A DNA stretch of 64,000 nucleotides from the human T2T-CHM13v2.0 reference genome, Homo sapiens. The translations under genes were made by a program, and so were the position numbers. The stretch is taken from NCBI RefSeq assembly GCF_009914755.1, contig NC_060930.1. The stretch is one strand, 5' to 3'. Within the stretch, counting starts at the first letter, position 1. Each line of letters starts with the position of its first letter. The notes below the pieces were generated by a model. That model was not told the origin of the DNA. It made no database searches and saw only the letters and a program-made list of their open reading frames with translations. Below are positions 1 through 13,100 of the stretch, piece by piece.

Positions 1-1795
1 ACTTTTCCAGTTGTTACTCACCTGAGTTTAGAGCCATTAAATAGCTCCCAGGTGAACTCAAGCTCATATCCCCCAACCACTATCACATTACACTGCTGTG
101 AAGTTATTTCCACATACAGGACCCGAGATTGATGCCCTGGTCAAACAGTAGTTCCATGACAGAAGTAGATCTAATCCTGAATCCAGACTCAGGCACTCCT
201 ACCTGTAATCTGAAAGTAATTGTTCCCGAAGCACTTCAAATGGCCTCCAGAAGAGATATTTTAAGGAGTTTTAAGTTCGTGGCCCTTAAACTAGATCATG
301 GCTAGGCAGACTCCACACTGACTGCCCCTTGCCCAGTTTTCAAGGCAGTCCAACACTTCCCACACAGCTTCCCAGTTCAGTGGGCTGAGCCACCTCCAGG
401 CCCCTGGTTCTCCTGCTTCCCAGGCCAGCCGCCTATCAACTCCCCAACGTTCCCTTTGTGCGTATTTAGGCTTTATTTGCTTCTCTAAAGCCTTCAGCCT
501 GTTTGAGTTTGATAATGGGTCCCCCCTCCAGATTAGCTATGCTCTGACCCTTAGTGCACCTGAATTTTGTCTCTGCCAATATACTGCATTAAGTACTGCA
601 CTCTAGCCCATCCCTGGGAACTGCCAGGGAGAGCACCCACGTGTAGCTCTAGATTAGTGGAGGAACTCTCATCCAGGTAGAGGATGGCATGTCAGGCCAT
701 TACTGTCACAGCTGTGGGCTCCGAACTCCCCTTAGGTGAGGTAGGCGAGTATGGTATCTCAGGCCTAAGCCATCAGGGAGTTTCTGGGAGCTTTTTAGTT
801 ATGCTTCTATTAGAGAAATTCCTGTCAGTCCAGTCCCTACTTAGGATCCATCCCCAGGGCAGTGCCCGAGGAAGGGATTTGAGCAACACCCATAAGGGAA
901 AACCGTAGTTCTTAAAGGTTGATACTGTAACTATCATCTGGTGTTCCAGTTCAACCCACATTAGGTATTTATTATCTTCAGCTGTAGGAGACGTGGGTCT
1001 TCAGGTTTAAGAGATTTTGGCAGATTCAAATTCACGTTTCTGTCTGGCTTTTGCAATAGCACACCTGTTCCCATTTTTATCAGTGGTGGGAAGAGATTTT
1101 AGGACAAGATTTCTTCAGAGCAACCCTGTAGCTGCTCGTTTCTGAGGGAGTGTATCAAAAGGCTTAAGGGATAGAAAAGGAAGTAAGGGGCCACCATCCC
1201 CAAGACCTGGTCACAGAAGCCAGGCTACGGGTTTGCTCAAGGGTACAAGGATGTTGGTGAGAGCAGGAAAGTCTCATCTGTCATCTTAGAAGATGCCAAT
1301 AAGTCACTGCCTGCTAGAAGCTTTTGAATTGTTTCTGTGAGTCGGAGACAGCAAGTCACCCCAAGTTCCTATGCAGTAGTTCAGGCCTATCTGTACACCC
1401 CCTTCCTATTGCCTAGAAAATCTTATAGCTTTAAGGACGCTAGCAGAGCTAGCCTCCTCACTCCATAGGGCCACTTATCCTAAGCAACCCACTCCTAAAG
1501 AAGGTTCACTCATGGGAGGGAGAAAGCAAGCTTTCCTTAGTACACTTTTAGTTATCATGGGAGTTTTAGGCATTTTCCCCAGTTATATAGTCCCCACGAC
1601 AGTTTCTCCTGTAAGTAAGGAGACAAACAAAAAAGCAGGGGGTTTAATAAAGGACAGGATTCTAGTAGACCCCAATAAGGGCTCCTGCCTTTAATCAGCC
1701 AGCTTGCACGTTAGGGCCCTGCAAGTCACATGAATGAGGCCGGCAGAGGGAGGCTGCTTCATGTACTGCAGCTTACTACACAAACAGAAGAAACT

Positions 1796-1941
1796 CACCC
1801 AGGAAAATTCAGAGAGGTTGGTTTTAAGAGACCACCGTTCTCCCCTACACCCCCCCCACTCCCTTTCCCACCCAGGAAAATTCAGAGAGGTCGGCTTTCA
1901 GAAACCACCATTCCCCGCCCTGCCCCCCACCTCTTTTCCCA
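1796..1941. repeat. Diverged tandem duplication, 2 x 73 bp
   Basis: CACCCAGGAAAATTCAGAGAGGT starts at 1796 and again at 1869, and similarity continues through the unit. Confidence 0.9.
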
Positions 1942-2420
1942 CAACATTCCTCTATTAGAAAGACAGAAAGAAAGAAAGGCTTTATACAACACTCCCCAGC
2001 TTTTCCCTACTTTCTTCCCTACAACCCAGGGAAAGCACCCAACACACACAACCGCCCACTCAGCTTCCACCAGCCACAAGCCCTTCCGACTGCAGACAGC
2101 AACAGCTGGTGCCGCCCTTCGCCCTTTTCTAGACGGTGAAGGCTAAGTCCCACCCCCCTGCCTCAAAGCACTCTGGGTGAGCAGCTACTCCTTTGGTTTC
2201 TCATTGGCTCTCTCGCTCTCAATCAACAGCTAGTTACCAGCCCCTCCAAGCATTTCCTGGTCCACATGACCAATAGCAGCAAGGAGAAGTGGAGGTTTAT
2301 TGCCTGGCTATAGACAGCCCGAGAAAGAAAGTTAGCTTCCCACCCCCGGCAGCTGCAGTGATTGGAAAACGAGCCTGAGCCTTTTCACCGAAAAGAATAT
2401 ATCATTATCCGTTGGGTTCG
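1910..2420. promoter_or_regulatory. Candidate CCAAT/GC-box promoter, possibly bidirectional
   Basis: ATTGG at 2203 and 2361, CCAAT at 2270, E-box CACATG at 2263, GC/CACCC boxes near 1915, 2052, 2112, 2149 and 2339, and locally raised CpG density. Splice donors lie on the minus strand (1798-1793) and plus strand (2568, 3447). Confidence 0.55.
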
Positions 2421-2429
2421 CCCTACTTC

Positions 2430-2590
2430 CCTGTTAAGAATCACCTGAAGTGCCTAAAAATCCGCGAGTTTCAGGGCTTTTCCCTGGAAATAATGATTTA
2501 GAACGTCCTGGGGGAGGGCCTAGGAGTCTGTGGGTTTAATAAGCACCTCCAGGATTTGTGTCTTCGGGTAAGGTGGCGTAATACTAAAGA
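2430..2590. mobile_element. MER5-family hAT-Charlie DNA transposon fragment
   Basis: AGAATCACCTG...GGGCCTAGGAGTCTG...TTTAATAAGCACCTCCAG resembles the MER5A/B core. Confidence 0.65.
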
Positions 2591-4194
2591 GCTGGTATTC
2601 AAAAGTTTCTTTCCAAGAAATTGCTTCTGTTACCCTGTTACGTTTATCCAAATATTCTCTGTTAGTTGCTCTTTTAGAGTTGAATTTCTCCAGCAGCTCC
2701 CACAAATAAGCAGTTTTTCCTGGAAGGGGAAATGTAACAGTTTAAGAGGGGGCTGGCTAGTCTTGATTTTCGCAGTACACCGTCACCCCACCACCTCCTC
2801 AGCCAGTGAGCCACAGATGTGTGTGGGGTGTCCATTATCAGCCTGTTCAGCTCGATCGGTTTGTGACCCTAAAGTGAATCTCCAGACTGAGTAGGATGAT
2901 AGTGTAGGCAGAAGCCTTTTAAAGGAGGGAACTGGGGTGTGGAACGAGAAAGTTTCAGAGCCTCACTGGGCAGGCCTGGGCAGCCAGAAGACTGTGGGAA
3001 TACACAGAAGGTGGCTTTTTGTGCACCATGGGCTGTGGCAGGAGAACTTGTTATTCCCACCCTAGTATCAGAAATGCTCCAAGAGAGAGCAAAGGTTAAA
3101 TACCGTGGTGTGTTCCTCCAGGTTCACCGTGGGAAAAACCCTTTGCTCAGGGGCTGTCTGGCAGAAGGTGCTGGCATCCACACCCTTGTCAGAACCCTCC
3201 ATAGACTGAGCAGCTAGATCACCTAAGCTGATGGAGCTTTCCTGCAATACCAGACACTGGCATCCATGAAGCGAAGTCTTAGGGTGGGCATTTTGTGGAA
3301 AAGAGAGAGGAAAGAAGGATTTCTTGGGGTTAACAGAAAGTGGATGTAGATAAAGGGAATTCTCCAGTCTTGCACCGCTAACATGGTGCAATATTCACAA
3401 ACAGACATGATTCGTGCTTGTGGACAAAACTGACCTCGGAGCTGAGGTGAGTGACAAACCAAAGTTGCCAGGCCTGAGTAGGGTCCTCGTGCCCAGAGGA
3501 GAAAGAGAAAAAACAAAGGAACTCTTTTCACTAAATTCACCAGCTATCTTCTGATCCAGTTAATTAACTGGGAAAACTAAATTAAACCCTAACGCCTTAT
3601 TCATCTTTGAGGGGACCTGTGATGTCTCTGAGCACTAATGGCAGGGAGGTGGGCAGTGCTGGGCTGGAACATCTCCCATGGACAGCCAAGCAGCATTCTG
3701 TTAATCGTGGCTATTAAACTGCTTTCTTGGGAGTTGTTTTTGATCCATGTGGAATAGATTAAGAGTCTGTTTTGAATCCCCTAGAGTTTCCTGTGGAGCA
3801 TAATTAGAGATGCATTGGAATAGGAATTCAGGTCAACACTTTAATGAGATGTCTGAAGAGTATGGCCCAGCAAGGGGGAGGGTAGAGGGAGTGGAGTGGT
3901 GGAGATGAGGAAGGGACATTGTCAGGATGAGGGGGCAAAAGAATGAAGATTTTTGTGAGGAGGTGAATGAAAGACAAGGAACCACAGAGGAGAGAGAAAT
4001 GGAGAGTGAGAGAAGCAAGGAAATGAGAAGTGAGTAGCATTCACTGTGTCCTACCACATGCCAGGCACGTTTTCAAAGATGATGAGAAAAACAGTTGAGA
4101 AAATGATACTGGAAGCCCATGGAGAGGTTCACAGCCTTGGATTCTGATGCTTGTCTTGAATCTATCTGGAGACAGTAGAGAGATAGGGAGAATG

Positions 4195-4390
4195 GGCTTT
4201 GTCATCAAACAGACCTTGGTTTGATTCTTAATCCCGTCCTTTTTGAGCTCTGTGACTGTTGGCAAGTCACTGACCCTCTCTGAAACTGTTTCCTCACCTG
4301 TCAAACGAAGGTTAACTATATAATGTTTATAACACTCCCAGAATGGACTATTGTCTAGCATATATTAGATGTTCAATAAATTATTGTTAC
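4195..4390 (+). mobile_element. MIR SINE
   Basis: MIR core: CTGTGACTGTTGGCAAGTCACTGACCCTCTCTGAAACTGTTTCCTCACCTGT. Confidence 0.75.
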
Positions 4391-4799
4391 AATGAGGAAT
4401 CTGAGGATGAGAGAGGTCAGCTTGGCCTAGGAGCTCATAACTAGTCAGTAACAGAATTGAAAGGTAAGCCCAGGTTTGTCTGATCTCCACTGCCACCAAG
4501 CAAAATGTACATACATGACTGACCTTCTGTGGGGGAAAACAAGGTCTGTTCTCCACAGGGTGACCCTTAGCCCATGATGACAGTCCTTATAAGTGGTACT
4601 GGCACTGAATGGAGAGCTAAACCAGCTTCAACCAATTTCAATCAGCTATGGCAGGATTTTAAAATTTAGATTTGGTGACATTACTTCCACAGACTGGTTT
4701 TCACAGGGCATGCCCTTGCTTGTATCTCCCCATAGGTATGTAAAGTTGCATCCCTTGCTGAGTTCATTCCAGGGCTGAGTTCCCATGATATACCTTGCA

Positions 4800-5251
4800 C
4801 TATTTCAGTGCCCTAAGGATGATATAGTCCCATTGGAGAACTGTGGCAGTCTCTAATGGTGGTATGCTGCTCTTCAAGTTCTAGAACCTGCTGCAAGAGT
4901 CTGCCTTTGGGATCCATGGGAGGGCTCACACCAAGGTCACAGTCTTCCCCAGGCTGCTCCCAGTCCACAGCACATGGCAGGAGTACTGGAGCTGGGCCAC
5001 TTCTGCTCAAGGTGGGACTTCCTTAATAGGGAGGCTCTAGGGCTCACCATCACCTGGGAGGTGCACTGCAGTCTGAGTCTCGTCCTGATTCTCCTTCCTT
5101 CTCCACTCTTCTTCCTCAGGGGTCAGACATCCATCACAGTCTGAACTCTCCCTGCCTATGCCTCCTCCCTCTCTCATCTTTCCTAGGAGTTTCCCCTCAA
5201 AAAATCTTTCACTTCTATGTTGATGTCTGCTTCCCAGAGCATCTAAACTGA
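4800..5251 (+). mobile_element. Old ERVL-class LTR (LTR33/LTR16-like)
   Basis: The 3' end GTCTGCTTCCCAGAGCATCTAAACTGACA is typical of this group; the left boundary is approximate. Confidence 0.5.
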
Positions 5252-5759
5252 CAAAAGAAACAACATCCATTATTTATTTTATAAATGATGATGTAAGCCA
5301 ACTGATCAACAGAATTCAGATTCCTCCTAACTCCCTCTTGAGCTGTTCACTTCTCTCCAACTCCACAGTCACCACCTTAGTTCAATCCCCCGTCACTATC
5401 AGTTAGGATCCTGGCAGGACACTAGAAGACACACTCAAATTGGGTAATTTGTTGAGAAGTTAACAAAGGGACAATTTACAAAGCTGTAATTCCAAGCTGC
5501 AACCTTAGCTTAAGGAAGCAAGGGACATGGCCTGCCTGCATCGACTTGAGGTGAGGGATAAATACCTCAACCTTACTCTACTCCCTCCTATTGCGTTTTG
5601 GTGCTCCCTCTGGACCAAACCTAAGTGGAAGCCAGAGGGGACAGGAGCCCATTGATGGAAGTCAAGGTCAGCTTCCCAAGACACAGAAGGGTCGCGAGTG
5701 AATCTGGAGCGGCAAAAAGATGATATTTGGCACAATTGTGCCTTGCCCAAAGATTTGCA

Positions 5760-6290
5760 AAATCATGCTATCCTCACTGCTTTCCTTTTAATCTTTCTCC
5801 TCATTCAAACCAGGGTGACATTTTAAAGATAGTGCCAACTCTCCTAGCTACCTAACTTGCTCAGTGGCTTCCCCACACACTCAGGATTAAGGATCTGACT
5901 TCCACTCTATCCTCACTTCTTGTAACAACTCTTAGGTGGAAGTAAAAACCTGACCTTGCCCTCCTTCCTAGAATACCCTCCTCTCCCCTCAGCTCTTTAC
6001 CTGGCACCTCCAACTCATTCTTCATGTCACCTCCTCTGGGTATCCACTGTCCCCTGCCCCTTTTACACCAAACAGTTTCCTCTAAGTCTCCTCCCATGAC
6101 TCGTAAATTTTGCCTTCATAACACATTAGTTTTCAATTATTCATTTACATACAGGGCTGTTTGATTAATGACACCTCCCATAAAGACTAATTTCTGTGAC
6201 ATCAGTGACTTTGCCTGGCTCAGTGTTGCCTTCCCTGAAGCTAGCACAGTGTGGCACCCTATAGATATTTGTTTGATAAATACATAAAAT
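5760..6290 (+). mobile_element. L2 LINE 3' fragment
   Basis: CTCAGTGGCTTCCCCACACACTCAGGATTAA ... CTAGCACAGTGTGGCAC...ATATTTGTTTGATAAAT matches the L2 3' end. Confidence 0.65.
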
Positions 6291-7459
6291 GCTATGGGCA
6301 ACCTAAGCTAATATATTTTGGAGTTGAGGATGGTTCTGATTTTAAACATTTCTTCCTCTTACTTTCAGTCAAGCATTGAAAAATCCTGGAACTTTCAATA
6401 TTTATGTAGCCAAAGTGTCTCTCTTGCTCACTCACTTGCTTGCTTGTGTACCACTAATTGAGCAACTACTACGGGCCAGATGCTCTGGAAAATGTTGTTC
6501 TGAAGAGGAGTACTAATCTTCACCAGTGGTGCACCTAGCTGTATTTTGCACATTAGGAAACAGACCCAGAGGTAAGAAACAAGTTGCTATCTGATCACCC
6601 AATGAGGAATACAATCCAATTCTTTTATTTTTCTATGCTTCCCTCTCTCCAGGCACACCTCCCAGATGCATCTTCCTCATGGGGTTGTCGCAGGGTTTAA
6701 GAAAATGAACTCATATAAAGGGCTCAGAATAGTGTCTGGATCACAGTAAGTGCAATCACTGTTAGTTCTTATTAATGTGCCATCCTCTTCCTCCTTAAAC
6801 TTCCAAACTTTTGCATGAAATATTATTCCTACCAAGTGAACCCCCTCCTACCACCTTGCAAATCATATCAATGTAATTTTATATAAAGATCAGTTCAAGA
6901 CACATGGCTCTGGACTCTATTCAAAGCTTATATCTCCTGATTGTATTGGCTCCAGGAACTCTGAAGAATTTATGTCAGTGATTCTGAAGTGAGAATGGAA
7001 CATGGATCCAACCCCTCTAAGGTGAGGAAGCTGAGCCCCAGAAAGGGAACCCAACCTGTTCTCATGTCAGAAAATGCTACAGTTTCACCCACTGTTCAGT
7101 ATTTATTTCTGGCTCTTAATGCCAGCCTTGCCTTCTCTGCCCCTTAGGGCTTTCCTTGTCTCTGGGCATGTGCCTAGGAGGGGTACAGCACCCCCTTTCT
7201 TACCACCATTTTTCCTTACCATCCCTGTAGTCACACACTTTAGCCCTCTCATTGGAGGTGGTCTAGTGTAAATCATGGAGGGGTGGTGGCACATCACATA
7301 TATTACCACCTCTTCCATTTCTTCTCCCCAGTCATTCCCCTATTTCTTGCTCCTGTTGTCTGTACAAGCTGAATTACTGTCCCCAATCTATAGACACTTG
7401 AGATGCTCTCATTTCAGAGGAATTTCTCCAGCTTCTGGAATTGAATACCTCTTGGGCAC

Positions 7460-7952
7460 CGCTTCTTATTCCTTTGGCCACCCCTACCCCAGCCCCAGCC
7501 ATAGTGGCCTGTTCCATGCAGTCCTAGAGCACCTTCGTGTCTGTGCACCCTGACACTGCCTCACATTTGCCTCCATTGCACACCCTGGATTCCTGCCCTC
7601 CAGCTTTTCTGGTGCTGAGGTATGGGATGCCTGCGGGGAACCACTGGGCTCCCTGATGGGCACAACTTGACAGCTCCTGGGGAATTAACACCCTTGACCA
7701 GTAGCGATAGGAATCAAGGCCTCCTCCTCTTGTTGCCCACTGTGCGGGACTGAGATGCACTGCATAAGGGCCCGGTGACAAGAGACTTGCAGCAGGGCCC
7801 ACTGAGCAGCACATCATTAATGCGTTTCCCTCCTTCCCTGATTTACTTCCCCCGTCCTTTGCTCCTGCTCCCTGGGATTACTTTCTATGCAAACTCCCTG
7901 CACACAAGTCTTTTCTCAGTCTCTGCTTTTGGAGAATCCAAACTAAGATACA
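7460..7952 (+). mobile_element. LTR16-like ERVL LTR
   Basis: Ends CTCAGTCTCTGCTTTTGGAGAATCCAAACTAAGATACA and contains the GGAATTAACACCC motif. Confidence 0.6.
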
Positions 7953-8869
7953 AGTGACTCCTGGGGCTACAACATCCATTTCCGCTGAGCATTGTTTGCC
8001 TCACAGTTCCTCATGGACTCGTTTTCACTTTTCAAAATCCTCATCCTTCAAGGATCATCTGAGATTCTATCACCCTGATCACATCAATCCACAACAATCA
8101 TTTCTCTTCCAGGGTAGCTATACCCTTTTTTAAGCACTTAACAAAAGTTCTCTCTTCTTTTCTTCTCCTTGATGATAATAATGAATAAGAACAGCTAACA
8201 ATTATCCAGCTGCCACTGTAAACCCTAAGATTATAAACAGCTTGAAGCCAGGGCCTATGCCTAGGTCCGCAGAGAGCCTAGCATAGGGTTTAGCCCAAAT
8301 TCTGTGATCTTCCTTGAACTCCTTCAGTAACAGATGGCTTTGTTGCAGGCACCAGAGCCTATTGGGGTGGCTGTCTTTCTCCCTGCCGTGCCTGGTTTCT
8401 CAACTGCAGGGAAGACACATGTTCCTTGCATCCTTGCTAAAAGCTCTATCAAGAAAAGTGAAGTGTCACCCAACCCAATGCATGAGCCTGCAAATCATAC
8501 TTGACCTCTAATGCCCAACTCAACCACCACCTCCTCCATGAAGGTCCCTGATACTTCCAGAAATAACTCTCCATTCTCTGAATTCCTGCAGGCTTTTATC
8601 TGTACCCTTTTTATGAAGTGGGACAACTCGTTTTTAGACAACTTTTGCAATTATATCCATAACTTGTCTGTTCTTGCAGCAATGGGTAACTTCAGGGAAA
8701 TGACCAAACCCTAGGGCCTAGCACTTTCTATTAATAGTTGTGGATATATTTTGAATGAATGAACAACTGAAGGTGAGAAGAGAGACTGAGAGGCTGGAGG
8801 CAAAAGATTATCAGGGCTTCTGGATCCTGATCAGTCGTGGGAGGCCCAGAGTTGCAGATTTATAAAGAT

Positions 8870-9305
8870 GATGGCAGAGTCTACCACTTGTCCATGCAAA
8901 CTCGTTTTTCTCTTTTTACATAAAATGTATAATTGGGCACACTCGGCCACCAGAATATATTTCCCAGCCTCTGTGCACCTTATGACTCAGTGCTGATGTT
9001 TGATGTACAGGCAGAAGAGATGTGAGCAGATTACCTTCTCTGTCCTTAAAAGGAGTGGCCCTGCATTCCCTGAGAGGGCATAGCTGGGGCAGTCATCTGG
9101 ACCCACCAGACAGGAGCTGAAGCTTGATAAAAGGTGCCTGGTTCCAGTGACTATGGAGCAGCCTGCCAGCACTAGAGGAGTCACAGAGATGTCTAGATGA
9201 GTCACAGAGACATTTACATGACAGAAAAATAAACAACTATGTTGTTTAAGCCATTATTAGTCAGTCTTTCAGTTCAAGCAGCTACACGTGTATTTTAATT
9301 AATAC
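8870..9305 (+). mobile_element. MLT1-family MaLR LTR
   Basis: AAATAAACAACTATGTTGTTTAAGCCATT...AATTAATAC matches the MLT1 3' end. Confidence 0.65.
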
Positions 9306-11269
9306 CAAGACAGCTCTGTAAGTTTGATCCATCCTGAAGAATTGAAAAGAGGGCATATGCCAGAGATATGTCAGGCCAAGGAGTTACAATAGGTATAGGG
9401 TGGGGGTGAGGGGCAACTGGGTGGCTAAATGGACTCTTGGCACAATATATATGTGGGCTGACATACTGTGGTGTGGTCCTGTCTCTTCAAATTGGAGGTA
9501 GCTGGTTGGGCTAACTGGTGAGCCCAAGCTAGAGATGCAGCTCAAGGGAGCAGGAACTACAGAAGGTGAACCACGCAAGGAAGCAGGGCAGGGAAGGAAG
9601 CTGGTAGGGAGAACCCTGATGGGAGTCACTGATTGTAACCACAGGTTCCTGACCAGAGAACTCTGATACAGGCACAGAGGCTACAGGGGCCAGAGCGAGA
9701 TGTTGAATCCAAGCCAGATCCAAGAGTCAGGAACTGGGTTGGGGTGGAGAGTGGCAAGCAAGCAGACTCTGGGGTGATCTCCATGTGTACAGGTGAGCCT
9801 ATGGTGAATGGCAATGTATGGGGCACTACACTGGATTAATGATACAGAGGAGCATCAAGGGGCGGTTTCACTTCTCACAGTGTATCCTATGCTTGGAATA
9901 CCTGCCCCTGCCCATTTCTTCAGGTGTTCACTTAACCTAAAAGACTCAGCTTGGGTGTCACCTTCTCCAGGAAGCCCTCCATGAAACTGTCCACCAGGCT
10001 GAGGCAGCTGCCTCTCTTCTCAGCTTCTTCTAGACCCATTTTTCTCTATGTTATAGTAATTGTCCGTCCGTTATTGCATCACAGTTTATGGGTGAATTTG
10101 ACAGTGTTCTCTGAAGACAATGATACTTGCCTTCATTGTCTCAGTGCTTCTCATAGTTCTGGACACAGATGGGACCCCAGTAAACCTAGATCAAACTATA
10201 GGGAAGAGCAGATGGATGACCATGTGGAAGCACAGTGTGTCAGCCTCAGACATCACAGCGTATGAGGGTGAATGCAGCCTCTGAAAGCCCATTGAGATTC
10301 TGGGAGGGCATTGGGAGGTGGGAGCAGGCAATGAGTAGAAGGGATGGTCAGGACTGGGCTGCTTCCAGTAAGGCCCCAAAGCTGCTCAGAACTGCATAAC
10401 TCATTATCACCCTGCATCCCCAAATACTGGTCCCCAGAAGAGAAAATTATCAATAACCAAAGGAGCAAATAAACATCCCAGGATTGAACACTGCATATAC
10501 CAGATTACACAATACTCATTCTATCCATTTCTCTGCCTTGTGCCCCTGGGAGAGAGGAGGCTGGAGAAAATTCTGCATTTCCCTCTCACCACCATCCCCC
10601 CACCCCACACCCACACCCCAAGATGTGTTTCCTTTAGAGAGGAAGGTCAAAAGGCCACATTTAAATCTAGGGAGATGACCAAGTAAAAGGAAGCATCAGC
10701 TGGTGCCTTCTATTCCTATTGAATCATTTCATTACTAATTGATAGGGTCATTACTGAATTTTGAAGGGGAAGAACTATGATTAAAGGTTAGTGCCATTAC
10801 TCCATGCATCACACCTCAAATTGTTATAAAAATGTCCAGAGTATTTAATTGAACCTATAAGTAACAATGTAATTACACTTAATAATGTATGTACCTCTGC
10901 ATTTATTTGTTCCTCTCCGAGGTACAGAGAGCCCCACGTGGGCAGGTTAGGGAAGATCACAGTGATTCAATGAAACTCCTTGTTCTTTACCTCCCTAGCC
11001 CTATCTGTTCTCTCCCTAGCCCTCCAGGACATGAATAATAGGTGACAAGAAAGCCACCCTCCATCTCCCCCACTTCTCAATGAAACGAATCTTAATGTCA
11101 ATATTTTGTGGTGAGGAAAAGGCAGAGAAAGCAGCAATTGCCCAACTTTTGGCACTTTACAGCCATACAGGGGAATGTGATTCTTCAAACCTATGATACT
11201 CTTTTGTAACTCCATCCTTTCAAAAACTGTTCCCTCCCCTTGTAATGTCCCTTCCTTCTTTACAAACTA

Positions 11270-11714
11270 TGGTGCATTCAGCTAAGTGGCTCTCAGCATT
11301 CATTCTCAACTTCTAGTATTTTCCTTTACTGCAAATCCTAGAAAGCTTAAAACTACTTCTCCCAGACTCCTTTGCAACCAAGATTCTGGATGTGTATTAA
11401 TTCCCTGCACCTCCTACCAGAAGCACTTATGTGAGATTTGGAAGGTAGCAATAGATGCATTTTTTTGCTACTTTGGCTATTTAAAATGGCAAGCAAGTTT
11501 GTGGAGATATGGGTATTTTTGTATGAGCATTCTACATCCTAGGGATGGTGGGGCAGAGAGCTAAAGGAACCTAAAAGCTTCATGAAGCAAAGCTCCCATA
11601 CCAGCTTAGGATACTCATCTCCATACTTACATGAGAGAACTAAAATTCCATCTTGTTTAAGCCAGTTATTTAGGGTTGTTCTATTACTTTCAGCTGAACC
11701 TAATCTTAATATAC
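11270..11714 (+). mobile_element. MLT1-family MaLR LTR
   Basis: ACTACTTCTCCCAGACTCCTTTGCA internally and CATCTTGTTTAAGCCAGTT...CTGAACCTAATCTTAATATAC at the 3' end. Confidence 0.6.
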
Positions 11715-11865
11715 TCACACTAAAGTTTTAGTTACTTTTCTCCCTATCCAGAAGATGCACACATCCTGCTGAATATAGTTTTCTGCTTAGCACTTAACTC
11801 TCACTGATAGCTTAGAGTCATTTATAGACTCAGAGATGATGCTGCACTTGCCCTCTATGACTGCT

Positions 11866-12335
11866 TGTAGTAATGGCCCCAAGTCTTTATTCTTTGCCAT
11901 GTAACATTGCAGTGGCTTCCCTCATTGGGTAGAATAAACGGTCCCACCCCCTTGACCCTGGGATTGACCTGGTGGCATGCCTTACCCAAGAGAATAAGGC
12001 AGAAATGATGGTGTGCCAGCTCCAAGCCTGGATCTTAAGAAGTTTTGTGTATTCTCACATATGTTCTTGTGCCTTTGCAATCAACTTGAGAATGTGTCCA
12101 GGCTAACCCATTGACTACAGGAGGTGAATGAGAGACATATGGAATAATAGTGCTGAACCAGATGAGCCTGGCCTAGATGAGTTGCCCCTCAGCTGCAGAA
12201 GACACGTGAACGAAGCAGCCCACCCACAACTGACCCCATTTATCACATAAGCAATATATGCTTATTGTTGTATGCCACTAAGTTTTTCCAGTTGTTTGTT
12301 ACATAGCACTGTTGTGGCAATGGATGACTGATACA
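11866..12335 (+). mobile_element. MLT1 (G/H-like) MaLR LTR
   Basis: Starts TGTAGTAATGGCCCCAA and ends GTTACATAGCAC...GACTGATACA. Confidence 0.7.
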
Positions 12336-12629
12336 TCCACTTCCTCATCAACAAAAACGTTTAATAAAATGATCTGTGGGTATCAAGCTCTTAAATGTCT
12401 CATTTAAAAGATAACACATAATTGGGAGTTAGGAAACCAGTATTCTAGTTTTAAGACTTTCTACCTGTTGGTTGTGTGACTTGGGTGTCATTTATTTTCT
12501 CTGTATCAATTTTCAAATTACAATTAATAATTTTTTCTGCCAATTTCACAATATTTTTGAAAATTTCAACCTTTCAAGAGTATCTTTGAGAAGTCGAAGC
12601 AACCTTTATGATTATACATAATTATTAGT

Positions 12630-12945
12630 GGCTGAGTACAGTGGCTCATACTTGGAATCCTAATGCTTTGGGAGGCCGAGGTGGGAAGATCGTGTGAGGC
12701 CAAGACCTTGAGACCAGCCTGGGTGACATAATGAGACTGTTTCCTACAAATATTTTTTAAAAATTACCCTGGTGTGGTTGTTGCATACCTGTAATCCTAG
12801 CTACTTGGGAGGCTCTGAGGCAGGAGGATTGCTTGAGCCTGAGAATTTGAGGTTAGTGAGCTATGATCATGCCACTGTATTCCAGCCTGGGTGATGGAGC
12901 AAGACCCTGTCTCAAAAAAAAAAAAAAAAAAAAAAAATTAAAAGA
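12630..12945 (+). mobile_element. AluJ
   Basis: Diverged Alu dimer with J-type GAGGATTGCTTGAGCC and GAGCTATGATCATGCC, followed by a poly(A) tail. Confidence 0.95.
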
Positions 12946-13100
12946 AATTAATCCCATATAGTTCCCCATCTTAAATCAGAATTTCTTCTAAGATATCATC
13001 TTAATCTTGGATGATTTGGTTTGTTTTGCATTTTAAAATGATTTTAGCACATTAATTCTGAGAACCTAAATGTATTTCCTCCACTGGCTTCCTTTTGCCT

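Noticed and set aside
1-1700. Unique sequence rich in CTTA/TAAG/TTAG, considered as a retroviral interior or a known lncRNA
   Set aside because: There are no gag or pol motifs in the ORFs, and I could not recognise a specific gene or quantify the bias.
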